A DNA stretch of 64,000 nt from an uncultured Butyricicoccus sp. (GTDB taxonomy: Bacteria; Bacillota; Clostridia; Oscillospirales; Butyricicoccaceae). Positions within the stretch are counted from its first letter, which is position 1; every line of letters starts with the position of its first letter. Position numbers and translations under genes: made by a program. Below the pieces are notes generated by a model. It saw only the letters and a program-made list of their open reading frames with translations. It did not search any database and had not been told where the DNA came from. Shown in pieces: positions 40,152 to 49,405 of the stretch. The DNA is taken from NCBI GenBank assembly GCA_904420185.1, contig CAJFUJ010000005.1, positions 4,204 through 68,203 on the forward strand, in the 5' to 3' direction.

Positions 40152-40670
40152 ATGTTTCAAACTGGACAACTTGTCGTCTATGGTGGAGAAGGCGTATGCC
40201 AAGTTGTAGACGTCGGCGTGCCGCACCTGTCGGGCATAGACATTGAGCGCACCTATTATACCCTTTGCCCGGTGAGCCACAAGGTCATGATCTATGTGCC
40301 GACCGACCGCGCCGAACATCTGCGCCCGATTATGACCCGGCAGCAGGCCGAATCCCTGCTTGCACACCTGACCGATATCGAGCCGCTGCCCATCCAGTCC
40401 TCTGGCCCGTTTTTGCAGCGTGAATCTTACGACGCCGCGCTGCACAGCCGAGACTGCATCGGGCTGGTGCGCATCCTAAAAACCGTCTATGCCAAACAGC
40501 ACCGCAACCCCTCCGGCCGCCATACCTTGGGCCGCATCGATGAAGAATACCGAAAGCGCGCTGAAGATATTTTGTATAGCGAATTTTCTATGGCGCTCGA
40601 CATCCCGCGTGAACAAATCCCGTCCTTTATCCAGCAGTCGGTCGGCCAAGCAGAAAAGGAGCCATCCTAA
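40152..40670 (+). CDS. CarD family transcriptional regulator-like protein
   Basis: MFQTGQLVVYGGEGVCQV...YYTL...LRPIMT...AEDILYSEF; GGAGGG RBS. Confidence 0.85.
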   Translation: MFQTGQLVVYGGEGVCQVVDVGVPHLSGIDIERTYYTLCPVSHKVMIYVPTDRAEHLRPIMTRQQAESLLAHLTDIEPLPIQSSGPFLQRESYDAALHSRDCIGLVRILKTVYAKQHRNPSGRHTLGRIDEEYRKRAEDILYSEFSMALDIPREQIPSFIQQSVGQAEKEPS

Positions 40671-40790
40671 TTTTCCAAACCTGCCCCTTGCGCACACCCC
40701 TATATGCTGTTAAAATAGAATTAAGGTATCTTGAACAATTCTCTGCCCGGCCTTTCTCCGGAGACGCCGTGTGTTGCAAGGAGGGTGAGT

Positions 40791-41645
40791 ATGGAAAATT
40801 CCAATGTTTTGCAGCTTGCGCATCAGATGTTTTCTGATTTTTATCTGTGCTACTGTGGGTATGCATCCTGCGAGCCGCTCCAACATTTTGGCCCGGCTGT
40901 CCGTCCCAACTATTTAATCTATTTTGTCCTAGACGGCAAAGGTACGTTCCAGTCGGGTGACCGCCAGGTCTCCCTGCACGCGGGCGAGGGGTTTCTCATC
41001 CGCCCAAACCAGACAGCTTTTTTTCAGGCCGACGAAAATAACCCGTGGACCTATCTTTGGATCGGCTTTGACGGCGCGCGCTGTGCCGAATACCTCAAAG
41101 CCATCGGGTTTGACGAGGATCAGCAGACCTATCGCTCGCCAGACGGCGAAAAGCTCAAGGAGATCGTCCAGGAAATGCTGCGCTACAACACGGCAGGCGT
41201 GGAAAATGATTTCCTATTGCAAGGACTGCTGTGCCGCTTTTTTGCCTGCCTGGCCCGGTCGCTGTCGATTCCGTTGTCCGCAGTAGCCAAAAATGACCGT
41301 GAAAACTTCTATGTGCGCCGCGCGGTCGAATATGTGCACTACAACTACGCCAACCACATCACAGTTTCAGATATGGCCAAATATGTGTCGCTCAACCGCA
41401 GCTATCTGTTCACCCTGTTCCAGCGGGTGCTGCACATTTCCCCGCAGGAATTCTTAACCACCTTCCGCCTGACCCGCGCCAAAGAGCAGCTTACCTTGAC
41501 CGATTCCACGGTGGCCGCCATCGCCCAGTCGGTCGGTTACCGCGACCCGCTGGTCTTTTCCAAGGCCTTCAAGCAGATGACCGGCATGACGCCGGTGCAG
41601 TACCGCAAGCAGCAACGCGGCCAACAGGATTCAACCATCCAGTGA
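40791..41645 (+). CDS. AraC family transcriptional regulator (MsmR/RafR-like)
   Basis: FGPAVRPNYL, NPWTYLWIGF; HTH LNRSYL...FSKAFKQMTGMTP. Confidence 0.92.
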   Translation: MENSNVLQLAHQMFSDFYLCYCGYASCEPLQHFGPAVRPNYLIYFVLDGKGTFQSGDRQVSLHAGEGFLIRPNQTAFFQADENNPWTYLWIGFDGARCAEYLKAIGFDEDQQTYRSPDGEKLKEIVQEMLRYNTAGVENDFLLQGLLCRFFACLARSLSIPLSAVAKNDRENFYVRRAVEYVHYNYANHITVSDMAKYVSLNRSYLFTLFQRVLHISPQEFLTTFRLTRAKEQLTLTDSTVAAIAQSVGYRDPLVFSKAFKQMTGMTPVQYRKQQRGQQDSTIQ

Positions 41646-41763
41646 TTTTGTCCGGCATGGACGGCTTCCCGCCCAAAATGCCGGATTTTTTTGTGCACAA
41701 AAAAGACCGCAAAACAGCGCCTTGCGGTCTTTCGAAAGGAAAAAGGAATTGAAGGGGGACAAA

Positions 41764-42678
41764 TTACAAAAGCTCCTGCTGAATGCGCGCCAGCGCCTCG
41801 GGCGCCTGCTGGTCCATCTTTTCCGGAAACCCGAAATAGGAGACACAAATGATGTTGTCACCGCCTGCCTTGGGGGCGTTTGGCTTCAACTGCTTATTTG
41901 CAAAGTCCATTTCGCGCAGGGTTTGGAAGATGCCCGGAAAATCGACGTCGCCCTCGCCCATAGCCAGATGCTGGTGGATGGTGACGTCAGCCTTGCCGCG
42001 GCTGTTGAGCCAAGGCGGATTGGCGATGTAGCGGCAATCCAGGGTCTGGTTAAAGGTATCGGCCAGCAGGACATGGGTCAGCTCATCGCCCGCATATTGC
42101 AGCATGTGGCGCACGTCGCCCTTGCCCTGGTCATAGAAGAAGCCGTGGGGTGCCGAATACACATAGCCCAGGTTCTTGGAGCGGAAGGATTTGACGATGT
42201 CGCAGGCCTCGTCGTTCAGCTCGCAAAAGTCATAGGGATGGGACTGAATTTCCACACGCAGCCCCTCGCGCTCGATGATCGGCAGCAGCTCTTCCATGGA
42301 GCGGAAGAACATCCCGTTGCAGATTTCCTGCTGGTTGGGATCACCGGAAAACTCGGTGTTGATGACCGGCACGCCCATATCCACAGCGATTTCGATCATG
42401 CGCTTCCAGTTGGCGACCGCAAACTGGCGCTGCTCTTCGGTCGGACCCGACCAGCGGTAAACCACAATAAACGACGAGATATCCACGCCAGTTTCCTTGA
42501 GCGCCTGCTTGTATTCCTGCTGGCACTCCTGAGAGAACAACGGGTGCTTGTAGAAGGGATTGATGCGCGGATGGGGCGACTGCTCGATGTATTTGTAGCC
42601 CCAATCAGCGACCTTGTGGACATAATCGCGGATGGACATCTGCTTGGCCAGGACATCTACGTCAAAGGCGATTTTCAT
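41764..42678 (-). CDS. iolH: IolH-like sugar-phosphate isomerase/epimerase (xylose-isomerase-like TIM barrel)
   Basis: YIEQSPH, YRWSGP, INTEFSG, HPYDFCE, RYIANPP and HQHLAMGEGDVDF resemble IolH. Confidence 0.85.
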   Translation of the reverse strand: MKIAFDVDVLAKQMSIRDYVHKVADWGYKYIEQSPHPRINPFYKHPLFSQECQQEYKQALKETGVDISSFIVVYRWSGPTEEQRQFAVANWKRMIEIAVDMGVPVINTEFSGDPNQQEICNGMFFRSMEELLPIIEREGLRVEIQSHPYDFCELNDEACDIVKSFRSKNLGYVYSAPHGFFYDQGKGDVRHMLQYAGDELTHVLLADTFNQTLDCRYIANPPWLNSRGKADVTIHQHLAMGEGDVDFPGIFQTLREMDFANKQLKPNAPKAGGDNIICVSYFGFPEKMDQQAPEALARIQQELL

Positions 42679-42856
42679 ACTTTTTTCCTCCTCAAATCAT
42701 TTCAGCCGGGGGATTTGCGTTTTTGTTGCCCCTATTATACGCTGGCGCTTACAGGTTTCCAATGATAGAAACCGCCTTAGTCCTGCGAAATCCTGCTTTT
42801 TTGGTCTTGCAGCTTGGCCGCCATTCTGGTAGCATGAAGAAAAGGAGGTTTCCGCC

Positions 42857-43726
42857 ATGCTGATCCCTGAAGCCGGCGTGCACCAGACATCCGAACGGTA
42901 TTTTTTCACCCCTTCCAGCCTGGCACGTGAGCTGTTTTACTATCTAACCCGCTGTGGTCACTACTTTTGCGACCATAATTATGCGTTTAGTGACCAATCA
43001 GAAATCGCCCGCCAGGGCGACCACAACCGCAATCTCATGCTCTTCGCCGTGCAGGGCGGTAGCCTCACCTTGCAGCTTCGCGGGGAAACCATGTTGGCTG
43101 CCGCTGGACAGGTTGTTTTTTTCGACTGCCGCGAGCCCTATCGCTACGCGGCCTGCGGACCCACCGAATTTTACTGGCTACTGCTCAACGGTTCCAACGC
43201 GCGCGATTTTTACCGCCGCATCTTACAAGCGCGCGGCGGCAAGCATGTCTTTTCCCCGGCCGGATCTACCGCTCTGATCCAGCTGCTCTCGTCCCTGCTG
43301 GCCGCCTGCGCCGAGGGTGAGCCCCCCAGCGAAGCCGCCTGTTCGCAGCTGCTGCACCAGGCACTGTGCCTGCTGCTGCTCGATGAGACCGGCCCCGGCC
43401 AGCGCGATGACGACCGGATCTCACAGGCCATCCGCTTTATGCGCCAAAATTTGCAGCGCCCCTTGTCGGTGCAGGATGTCGCGCAGGCGGTCCACCTCAG
43501 CCCCTCGCACTTTTCCCGCCAGTTCAAGGCCCAGACCGGCTATTCCCCCTATGAGTACATCGTCCTGCGCCGCATCGACGCGGCCAAGCACCTGTTGACC
43601 TCCACCCGCTTAACGGTCGGCGAAATCGCCTACCAAACCGGTTATAACAGCGAAGAAAATTTCATCCACAGCTTTCAAAAGCACGTCGGTATTTCGCCTG
43701 GCCTGTTCCGGCAGTACCCCATTTGA
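42857..43726 (+). CDS. AraC family transcriptional regulator
   Basis: C-terminal LSPSHFSRQFK...IAYQTGY...FQKHVGISP. Confidence 0.92.
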   Translation: MLIPEAGVHQTSERYFFTPSSLARELFYYLTRCGHYFCDHNYAFSDQSEIARQGDHNRNLMLFAVQGGSLTLQLRGETMLAAAGQVVFFDCREPYRYAACGPTEFYWLLLNGSNARDFYRRILQARGGKHVFSPAGSTALIQLLSSLLAACAEGEPPSEAACSQLLHQALCLLLLDETGPGQRDDDRISQAIRFMRQNLQRPLSVQDVAQAVHLSPSHFSRQFKAQTGYSPYEYIVLRRIDAAKHLLTSTRLTVGEIAYQTGYNSEENFIHSFQKHVGISPGLFRQYPI

Positions 43727-43760
43727 CCGGAAGGCCGCGTCCAGCTGCCCTGCTGGCAAA

Positions 43761-44819
43761 TCACACGGGGCGGCTAGGGATGGGCGCACCAGTATTGTAC
43801 TTGGTGCAGATCCGGATGTCGGTATACAGCAGCTCACGCTCAGGGCGGCGCTGGTGGATCAGGTAGTCGCTGAGCAGCAAAGGGGGCCGGTAACCTTGTT
43901 CGAAGGCGTTCTGGTCGAGCAGGAAGGTGATGTTGCCGTCGCGCAGCAGCTGATCGTTGGGCGGGGTCAGGTCAAAGGCAATGACGCGCACCCGGCCGGT
44001 GAGCCCGGCGTCGCGGATGGCCTCGCAAGCGCCGCGCTGGCCGTTGGCCGCGACATAGACGCCAGCTAGGTCGGGGTGGGATGCCAGGATGTGTTGGGTG
44101 ATCTCATAGGCAAAGTCGTCACGGTCAAAGCAGGGCTGGAAGGGCAGCAAAGTCAATGGGGCATCCCCTGTTTCCATGGACAGCGTGTCGGTAAAGCCGT
44201 TGAGCCGGCTGTTGTGGGCGGTGTTGTTGAGGTGACTGGTCAGAGGAAAGACCTTGCCGCCTTTGGGCAGCAGCAGGCGCATCAGCCCGGCGGCCGTTTG
44301 CCCGGCACGGTAGTTGTCCATACCGATGAAGCACAACCGTTTGCTTCCAGGCGCATCTGAGTTGAGCGTGATGACTGGGATATTTGCCTCGTGCAGCTCG
44401 TCGATGCGCGTGCGGATTTCGGGTGCATTGTTCGGGGAAATCGCCAGCCCACGCGCACCCTCGGCGACAAACTGATCCATACATTCGAGCACCTGGGCAG
44501 CGTCCAAACGGCTAATTTCACGGATCATCAGCTCCACGCCAGTGCTTTTGAGCTCTTGCGCAGCTTGCGCCACCCCTTGGGACACAATGCGCATGGTTGG
44601 CGTTTCGATGGATTGCAGGATCACCCCTAGGCGGATCCCGTGGGAGGTCTTGACCAAGGCCCGGCCCAGCGCGTTGGGCGCGTAGCCCAGTTCCTTGGCG
44701 ATTTGGCGGATGCGTTCAGCCACTTCCGGGTTGACCCGTCCGCGGTTGTGCAGCGCGCGGTCGACCGTGCCGCGGGACACGCCGGCCAGTTCTGCGATTT
44801 GCTTGGAAGTGACAGCCAT
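43761..44819 (-). CDS. LacI family transcriptional regulator
   Basis: TSKQIAELAGVSRGTVDRAL HTH followed by a sugar-binding-like domain. Confidence 0.93.
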   Translation of the reverse strand: MAVTSKQIAELAGVSRGTVDRALHNRGRVNPEVAERIRQIAKELGYAPNALGRALVKTSHGIRLGVILQSIETPTMRIVSQGVAQAAQELKSTGVELMIREISRLDAAQVLECMDQFVAEGARGLAISPNNAPEIRTRIDELHEANIPVITLNSDAPGSKRLCFIGMDNYRAGQTAAGLMRLLLPKGGKVFPLTSHLNNTAHNSRLNGFTDTLSMETGDAPLTLLPFQPCFDRDDFAYEITQHILASHPDLAGVYVAANGQRGACEAIRDAGLTGRVRVIAFDLTPPNDQLLRDGNITFLLDQNAFEQGYRPPLLLSDYLIHQRRPERELLYTDIRICTKYNTGAPIPSRPV

Positions 44820-45246
44820 ACAGTTCGGCCCCTTTCACATGGAAGATGCGTTCATTATAGCACGCAACTGTACCGGTTTCAACGGGCAACATGCGGGCTG
44901 CCTGGAATCTGCTGATAAAATCCCGTGATTCTCTCAGATTTATCAGGAATTTTTTTGAATTTTCAGGCGAAATGCACGCATTGCACGCACCCTATGCGGA
45001 TAAAACACCTAAAATCACTCAGCCAGATTTGTTGGATTCGCATGAAAATACGCTATGTGCTGAAAAGTTGTGAAAAATCCCTTGCAGATCAAACGAAAGC
45101 ATGATAAATTAATACCACTAGCTCATGAGCGTCTGTCCCAGGCGCCTTCTTATTGCGCAAAAACCCTGCGGTTTTCGGCAAAACCTTCTCTGAATATGGT
45201 CTGAATGGACGCATCGCCGCAAAATGCGGCTTCTTTTTCAAGGAAA

Positions 45247-45263
45247 TGCGTTCACGTGAACAT
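45247..45263. promoter_or_regulatory. Palindromic operator TGCGTTCACGTGAAC, copy 1 (upstream of the transporter)
   Basis: Perfect GTTCACGTGAAC palindrome; 14/15 identical to the copy at 47133. Confidence 0.65.
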
Positions 45264-45369
45264 TTCTGTCTTCTTCCTTCTTCACTTTCCAAGAGATCAC
45301 AGAAAATGGGTTATGCGAGCATCTGTTTTGTACAGCTTGCAAGGCAGAGAAAAGGAGTGTTTTGAAAAA

Positions 45370-46800
45370 ATGAAAGGCGGAATTGCAGAGCTGCTAAACT
45401 TTAAGCAGAAACGCAAGGACATGAACCAGTTTATCAAGGTCCCGGTCAGCGAAAAGCTTGCGTACTGCTTCGGCGACCCAGCGCTGACGCTGATGTACAC
45501 CATGACATCAACGCTGCTCATCTATTTTTATACCAACGTGGTCGGCATTTCAGCCGGTGCTGTTGGCATGATTATGCTGATTTCCCGCATCTTCGACGGT
45601 TTTTCCGACGTTGCGATGGGTGCGATCATCGACCGTACCCACTCCAAATACGGCAAGGCGCGCATCTGGATCTTACGCCTGACGCTGCCGTATGCGATTG
45701 CCGCGATCTTGCTGTTCACCATGCCGCCAATGGGCGATATGGGCAAGATCGTCTACGCGTTTGTCACCTATAACATCATGAATACCGTGGTATACACGGC
45801 TATCAGCCAGCCGTTCCACGCGCTCGGTTCGCTGATGACCCGCGATCGCCGTGACCGCGACACCATCAGCAACATCCGCATGATGCTGTCCATCACTGCA
45901 AGCATGATTATCACTGCGTTCACCCTGCCGCTGATCAACTATGTGGCGTCGGTCACCGGCCAAGAGCAGCTATCCTGGATTTTGGTCACTGCTGCCTACG
46001 CGATCATCTCGGTGTTTGTCCTGCTCAACACCTACATGACCTGCACCGAGCGCGTGCAGGCCGCACCCCAGTCCAAAAAAGAGGACATCCCTTTCTGGAC
46101 CTCGTTTAAGATCACCTTTACCAACCGGTATTTCCTCATCGCGCTGGGCCTGATGATCACCTATACGGCCTACCAGGTCATCATCGGCACCGACCTGACC
46201 TACTACTGCCAGTACGTCCTGGGCGACGCCAATCTGGTCATGCCGCTTTCCTCAGCGGAAAAGGTGTGCACCATCATCGGCATCGCACTCCTGCCCAAGC
46301 TGTTGCCCAAATATGGCAAGCGCAACCTAATCTGCTTTGGCTGCGCAATGGGCATTGTCGGCCAGCTGTTGTTCCTGCTCAATATCACCAGCGTGCCGCT
46401 GGGCGTTGTATCGTGCATCATCCGCGGCTTTGGGATTGCGCCGTTCTATGGTGTGCAGTACTCGCTGCCCGGCGACGCGATCGAATACGGCCACTGGAAG
46501 CACGGCGTGCGCGTTGAGGGCCTGATGTTCTCGTCGATGAGCATGGGCCAAAAGGCCGGTTCAGGATTTACCCAGGCGATCATGGGCGGGATTTTGTCCC
46601 TGGCAGCTTTCGACGGCATGAAGGCCACCGCCGCTGAGCAGACACCGCAAGCAATCGCCACCATTGAAACCTTCTACCTCTATGTTCCGATTGCGCTGTG
46701 GGCCATCATGTTCCTCATTGCAGCCTGCTACAAGCTGGATAAAACCTACGACAAAATGATGGAAGAACTCCTCGCGCGCGGCCACAAACAAGACAACTAA
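45370..46800 (+). CDS. GPH-family (MFS-2) sugar:cation symporter
   Basis: FYTNVVGIS, RIFDGFSD..MGAIIDRTHSKYGKARIW and DAIEYGHWKHGVRVEG; about 12 hydrophobic segments. Confidence 0.92.
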   Translation: MKGGIAELLNFKQKRKDMNQFIKVPVSEKLAYCFGDPALTLMYTMTSTLLIYFYTNVVGISAGAVGMIMLISRIFDGFSDVAMGAIIDRTHSKYGKARIWILRLTLPYAIAAILLFTMPPMGDMGKIVYAFVTYNIMNTVVYTAISQPFHALGSLMTRDRRDRDTISNIRMMLSITASMIITAFTLPLINYVASVTGQEQLSWILVTAAYAIISVFVLLNTYMTCTERVQAAPQSKKEDIPFWTSFKITFTNRYFLIALGLMITYTAYQVIIGTDLTYYCQYVLGDANLVMPLSSAEKVCTIIGIALLPKLLPKYGKRNLICFGCAMGIVGQLLFLLNITSVPLGVVSCIIRGFGIAPFYGVQYSLPGDAIEYGHWKHGVRVEGLMFSSMSMGQKAGSGFTQAIMGGILSLAAFDGMKATAAEQTPQAIATIETFYLYVPIALWAIMFLIAACYKLDKTYDKMMEELLARGHKQDN

Positions 46801-46902
46801 CCATCCGCTTTTCGCTTCAAACAATCCCCAAGCGCCGGGACTGCTATGCAGGATTCCCGGCGCTTTTTTGCTATGTGCATCGGAATGCGAATGCATTCAG
46901 CG

Positions 46903-46960
46903 AAGTTTGGGTCGAGCCTTTTCAAAGGCACGCAGGGGTGCAGGGGGCAGCGCCCCTGCG
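46903..46960. repeat. REP-like double-hairpin intergenic element
   Basis: GCCTT-TTC-AAAGGC followed by GCAGGGG-GCAGC-GCCCCTGC; resembles Clostridia intergenic repeats; only one copy in the window. Confidence 0.35.
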
Positions 46961-47131
46961 TGCAACGGTGCGTGCAGAATGCCACATTCTTCGGGAAAAG
47001 CAATAAATCCCGGAGAAAAAGTTGGGCAATCTGCTGTATTCCAAAGAATGGCCTGCTCTTACGGAGATAAGTTCGTCGGAATGTACAGAAAACTCGTAAG
47101 ATTTTTGTGCAGAACAGCGGTGAATTTGCAC

Positions 47132-47160
47132 TTGCGTTCTCGTGAACGCGGAAGTATAAT
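47132..47160 (+). promoter_or_regulatory. iolG promoter with overlapping operator copy 2
   Basis: TTGCGT-N17-TATAAT; GCGTTCTCGTGAACGC (47134-47149) overlaps the -35 and the spacer. Confidence 0.7.
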
Positions 47161-47265
47161 GATCTCGAAGAAGGACGAATAACAGACTGTGTTCCACTCC
47201 ATATCCATTGCAAAAGAGCTATTTCAGCCCCGCAAAAGTAGAAATCAAAAACGGAGGAATTGTTT

Positions 47266-48279
47266 ATGGAACTCAAGATTGCAGTAATCGGTTGCGGTAT
47301 GATCGGCCGCGAACATATTGAACGCATCCAGAACCGGATTAAGGGTGCATCGGTTGTCGCCGTATGTGACGTTGTCGAGGCGGGTGCAAAGCGCGGCGCC
47401 GAAATTGCCGGTGAGGGCGTAAAGGTCTATACCGACTTCAACGAGGCGATCAACGATCCCGCAGTCAATGCCGTTGTTGTCACAACCCCTGGCGCCTTCC
47501 ACAAGGGTCCGGTCCTGGCGGCCATCCGGGCGGGCAAGCCGGTGTTCAGCGAAAAGCCGCTGGCCAACACCGCCGCCGACTGCAAGGAAATCGTGGACGC
47601 CGAAATGGCTTCAGGCAAGCACCTGGTACAAGTTGGCTTTATGCGCCGGTACGACCGCGGCTACAAGCAGCTCAAGGCGCTGCTCGAAGAGGGCAAATTC
47701 GGCGCACCGATGGTCATCAAGTGCACCCACCGCGCCGACGGCGTTGCAGACGACTACACCACCGCCATGGCGGTCACCGACACCGCCATCCATGAAATCG
47801 ACGTTCTGCCCTGGCTGGTAAATGACGAGTGGGACGAAGTGCAGTGCATCATGCCCAAGTCCTCCTCTAAGGCACATACCGGCCTCAAGGACCCCCAAAT
47901 TATGATTCTGAAAACCAAGGGCGGCATTGTAACCGTGCTCGAAGTCAACGTAAACTGCGGCTTTGGTTACGACATCAACTGCGAGGTTGTCTGCGAGAAC
48001 GGTGTGATGAACCTGCCCTGCCCCTCCTTCCCGACCGTGCGGTTTGACCATAATGTGTCAACCAAGATCGAAGACAACTGGATCTTGCGCTTCATCGACT
48101 CCTACGATGTAGAAATCCAGGACTGGGTCGACCACGCGCTCAAGGGTGAGACCGGCGGCTCCTCTGCGTGGGATGGCTATGTCGCATCCATTACCGCCGA
48201 TGCGCTGGTAAAAGCCCAAACCTCGGGCCAGACCGAAAAGGTCGTCACCGGCGGCACCCCGGATTTTTATAAAAAGTAA
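47266..48279 (+). CDS. iolG: Inositol 2-dehydrogenase (Gfo/Idh/MocA family)
   Basis: IGCGMIGREH, FSEKPLA, VQVGFMRRYD, DTAIHEID, GYDINCEVV and SAWDGY. Confidence 0.9.
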   Translation: MELKIAVIGCGMIGREHIERIQNRIKGASVVAVCDVVEAGAKRGAEIAGEGVKVYTDFNEAINDPAVNAVVVTTPGAFHKGPVLAAIRAGKPVFSEKPLANTAADCKEIVDAEMASGKHLVQVGFMRRYDRGYKQLKALLEEGKFGAPMVIKCTHRADGVADDYTTAMAVTDTAIHEIDVLPWLVNDEWDEVQCIMPKSSSKAHTGLKDPQIMILKTKGGIVTVLEVNVNCGFGYDINCEVVCENGVMNLPCPSFPTVRFDHNVSTKIEDNWILRFIDSYDVEIQDWVDHALKGETGGSSAWDGYVASITADALVKAQTSGQTEKVVTGGTPDFYKK

Positions 48280-48379
48280 ACGCGTTTCGACTTCTTACAA
48301 TTTATCTGCGCGCGTCCAGAGTCGAAGAAATAACCGGGACCATCGTGTTCCGGCCCGCAATATAGAAAGGAGTAACAGT

Positions 48380-49246
48380 ATGAAAATCGGTTTTAACGAA
48401 GGCTGCAACCGCTTCTGCGAAAATCATTCGGTTCTGGAGGATCTAGAACTGTGTGAAAAATATGGCATCGACTATATCGACATCCAGTCCGAATGCCTGG
48501 ACCGCGAAATCGCGGCCGGTAAGTACACCATCGACGATCTGGCGGCCTGGTTCGCCGACCCCAACCACAACCTCAAGATGCTCTCCTATAATGCTCTGGT
48601 GTTCTTCAATATGAAGCAGACCCAGGCCGAAAAGGACGCCGTTATGGCCAAGCTCGACCGAATCATTGCCGACTGCCTCAAGCTGCAATGCAAGATGATC
48701 GTCGTCGTGCCGTCCATGGATCTGCCGGTCCACGCCACCATCGACGAGATCAAGGCCGATGCAGTCGCCGTGCTCCAGGAGATGGTCAAGAAGGTCGAGC
48801 CGCACGGCATCAAGCTCAGCTTGGAATTTTGCGGCGCGCCCGGCATGTCCATCAACCGGTTTGAGGACGCATATGCCATTGTAGAGGCGGTTGATTCCCC
48901 GCTGGTTGGTATCACCCTGGACCAATACCACTTCCACGCGATGGCTTCCTCCTGGGATACATTGGAAAAGGCCGACGGCAAGAAGATCTTCGTCTGGCAC
49001 CTCAACGGCTCGGAAAATATGCCCTGCGGCGCTGCCTACAACACCGACGAAGTCCGTCTATGGCCGGGCGAGCCGGGCGATTGCCTGGAGCACAAGCGCT
49101 ATGCCGACACCCTCAAGAAGATCGGCTTTGAAGGTGACGTTTGCACCATGGAGGTCTTCCGCCCCGATTACTACAAGCTGACCAACGAGGAGAACATCAA
49201 AAAGGCCGCCGAAGTGACCAAGGCCCATGTTGCAACGTACTGGTAA
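48380..49246 (+). CDS. iolI: Inosose isomerase IolI-like
   Basis: MKIGFNE...DLELCEKYGIDYID, YNALVFFN, LEFCG, LDQYHFHAM, RLWPGE and EVFRPDYY. Confidence 0.85.
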   Translation: MKIGFNEGCNRFCENHSVLEDLELCEKYGIDYIDIQSECLDREIAAGKYTIDDLAAWFADPNHNLKMLSYNALVFFNMKQTQAEKDAVMAKLDRIIADCLKLQCKMIVVVPSMDLPVHATIDEIKADAVAVLQEMVKKVEPHGIKLSLEFCGAPGMSINRFEDAYAIVEAVDSPLVGITLDQYHFHAMASSWDTLEKADGKKIFVWHLNGSENMPCGAAYNTDEVRLWPGEPGDCLEHKRYADTLKKIGFEGDVCTMEVFRPDYYKLTNEENIKKAAEVTKAHVATYW

Positions 49247-49341
49247 GCGTTTTTTTCCACACAATCCCCGCCAAACCAGTCGAAAATTGCATAAATTTGC
49301 CGCCCCACAAACTATGGGGCGGCTATTTTACTACCTAGAAC

Positions 49342-49380
49342 AATAATAGGACGGCCGTACCAAACGGCCGTCCTATTATT
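49342..49380. terminator. Terminator between iolI and fhs
   Basis: Perfect AATAATAGGACGGCCGT...ACGGCCGTCCTATTATT; a second hairpin lies at about 49299-49323. Confidence 0.85.
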
Positions 49381-49405
49381 TCAGTTTCGCTTATTCTCCG
49401 CTTAC

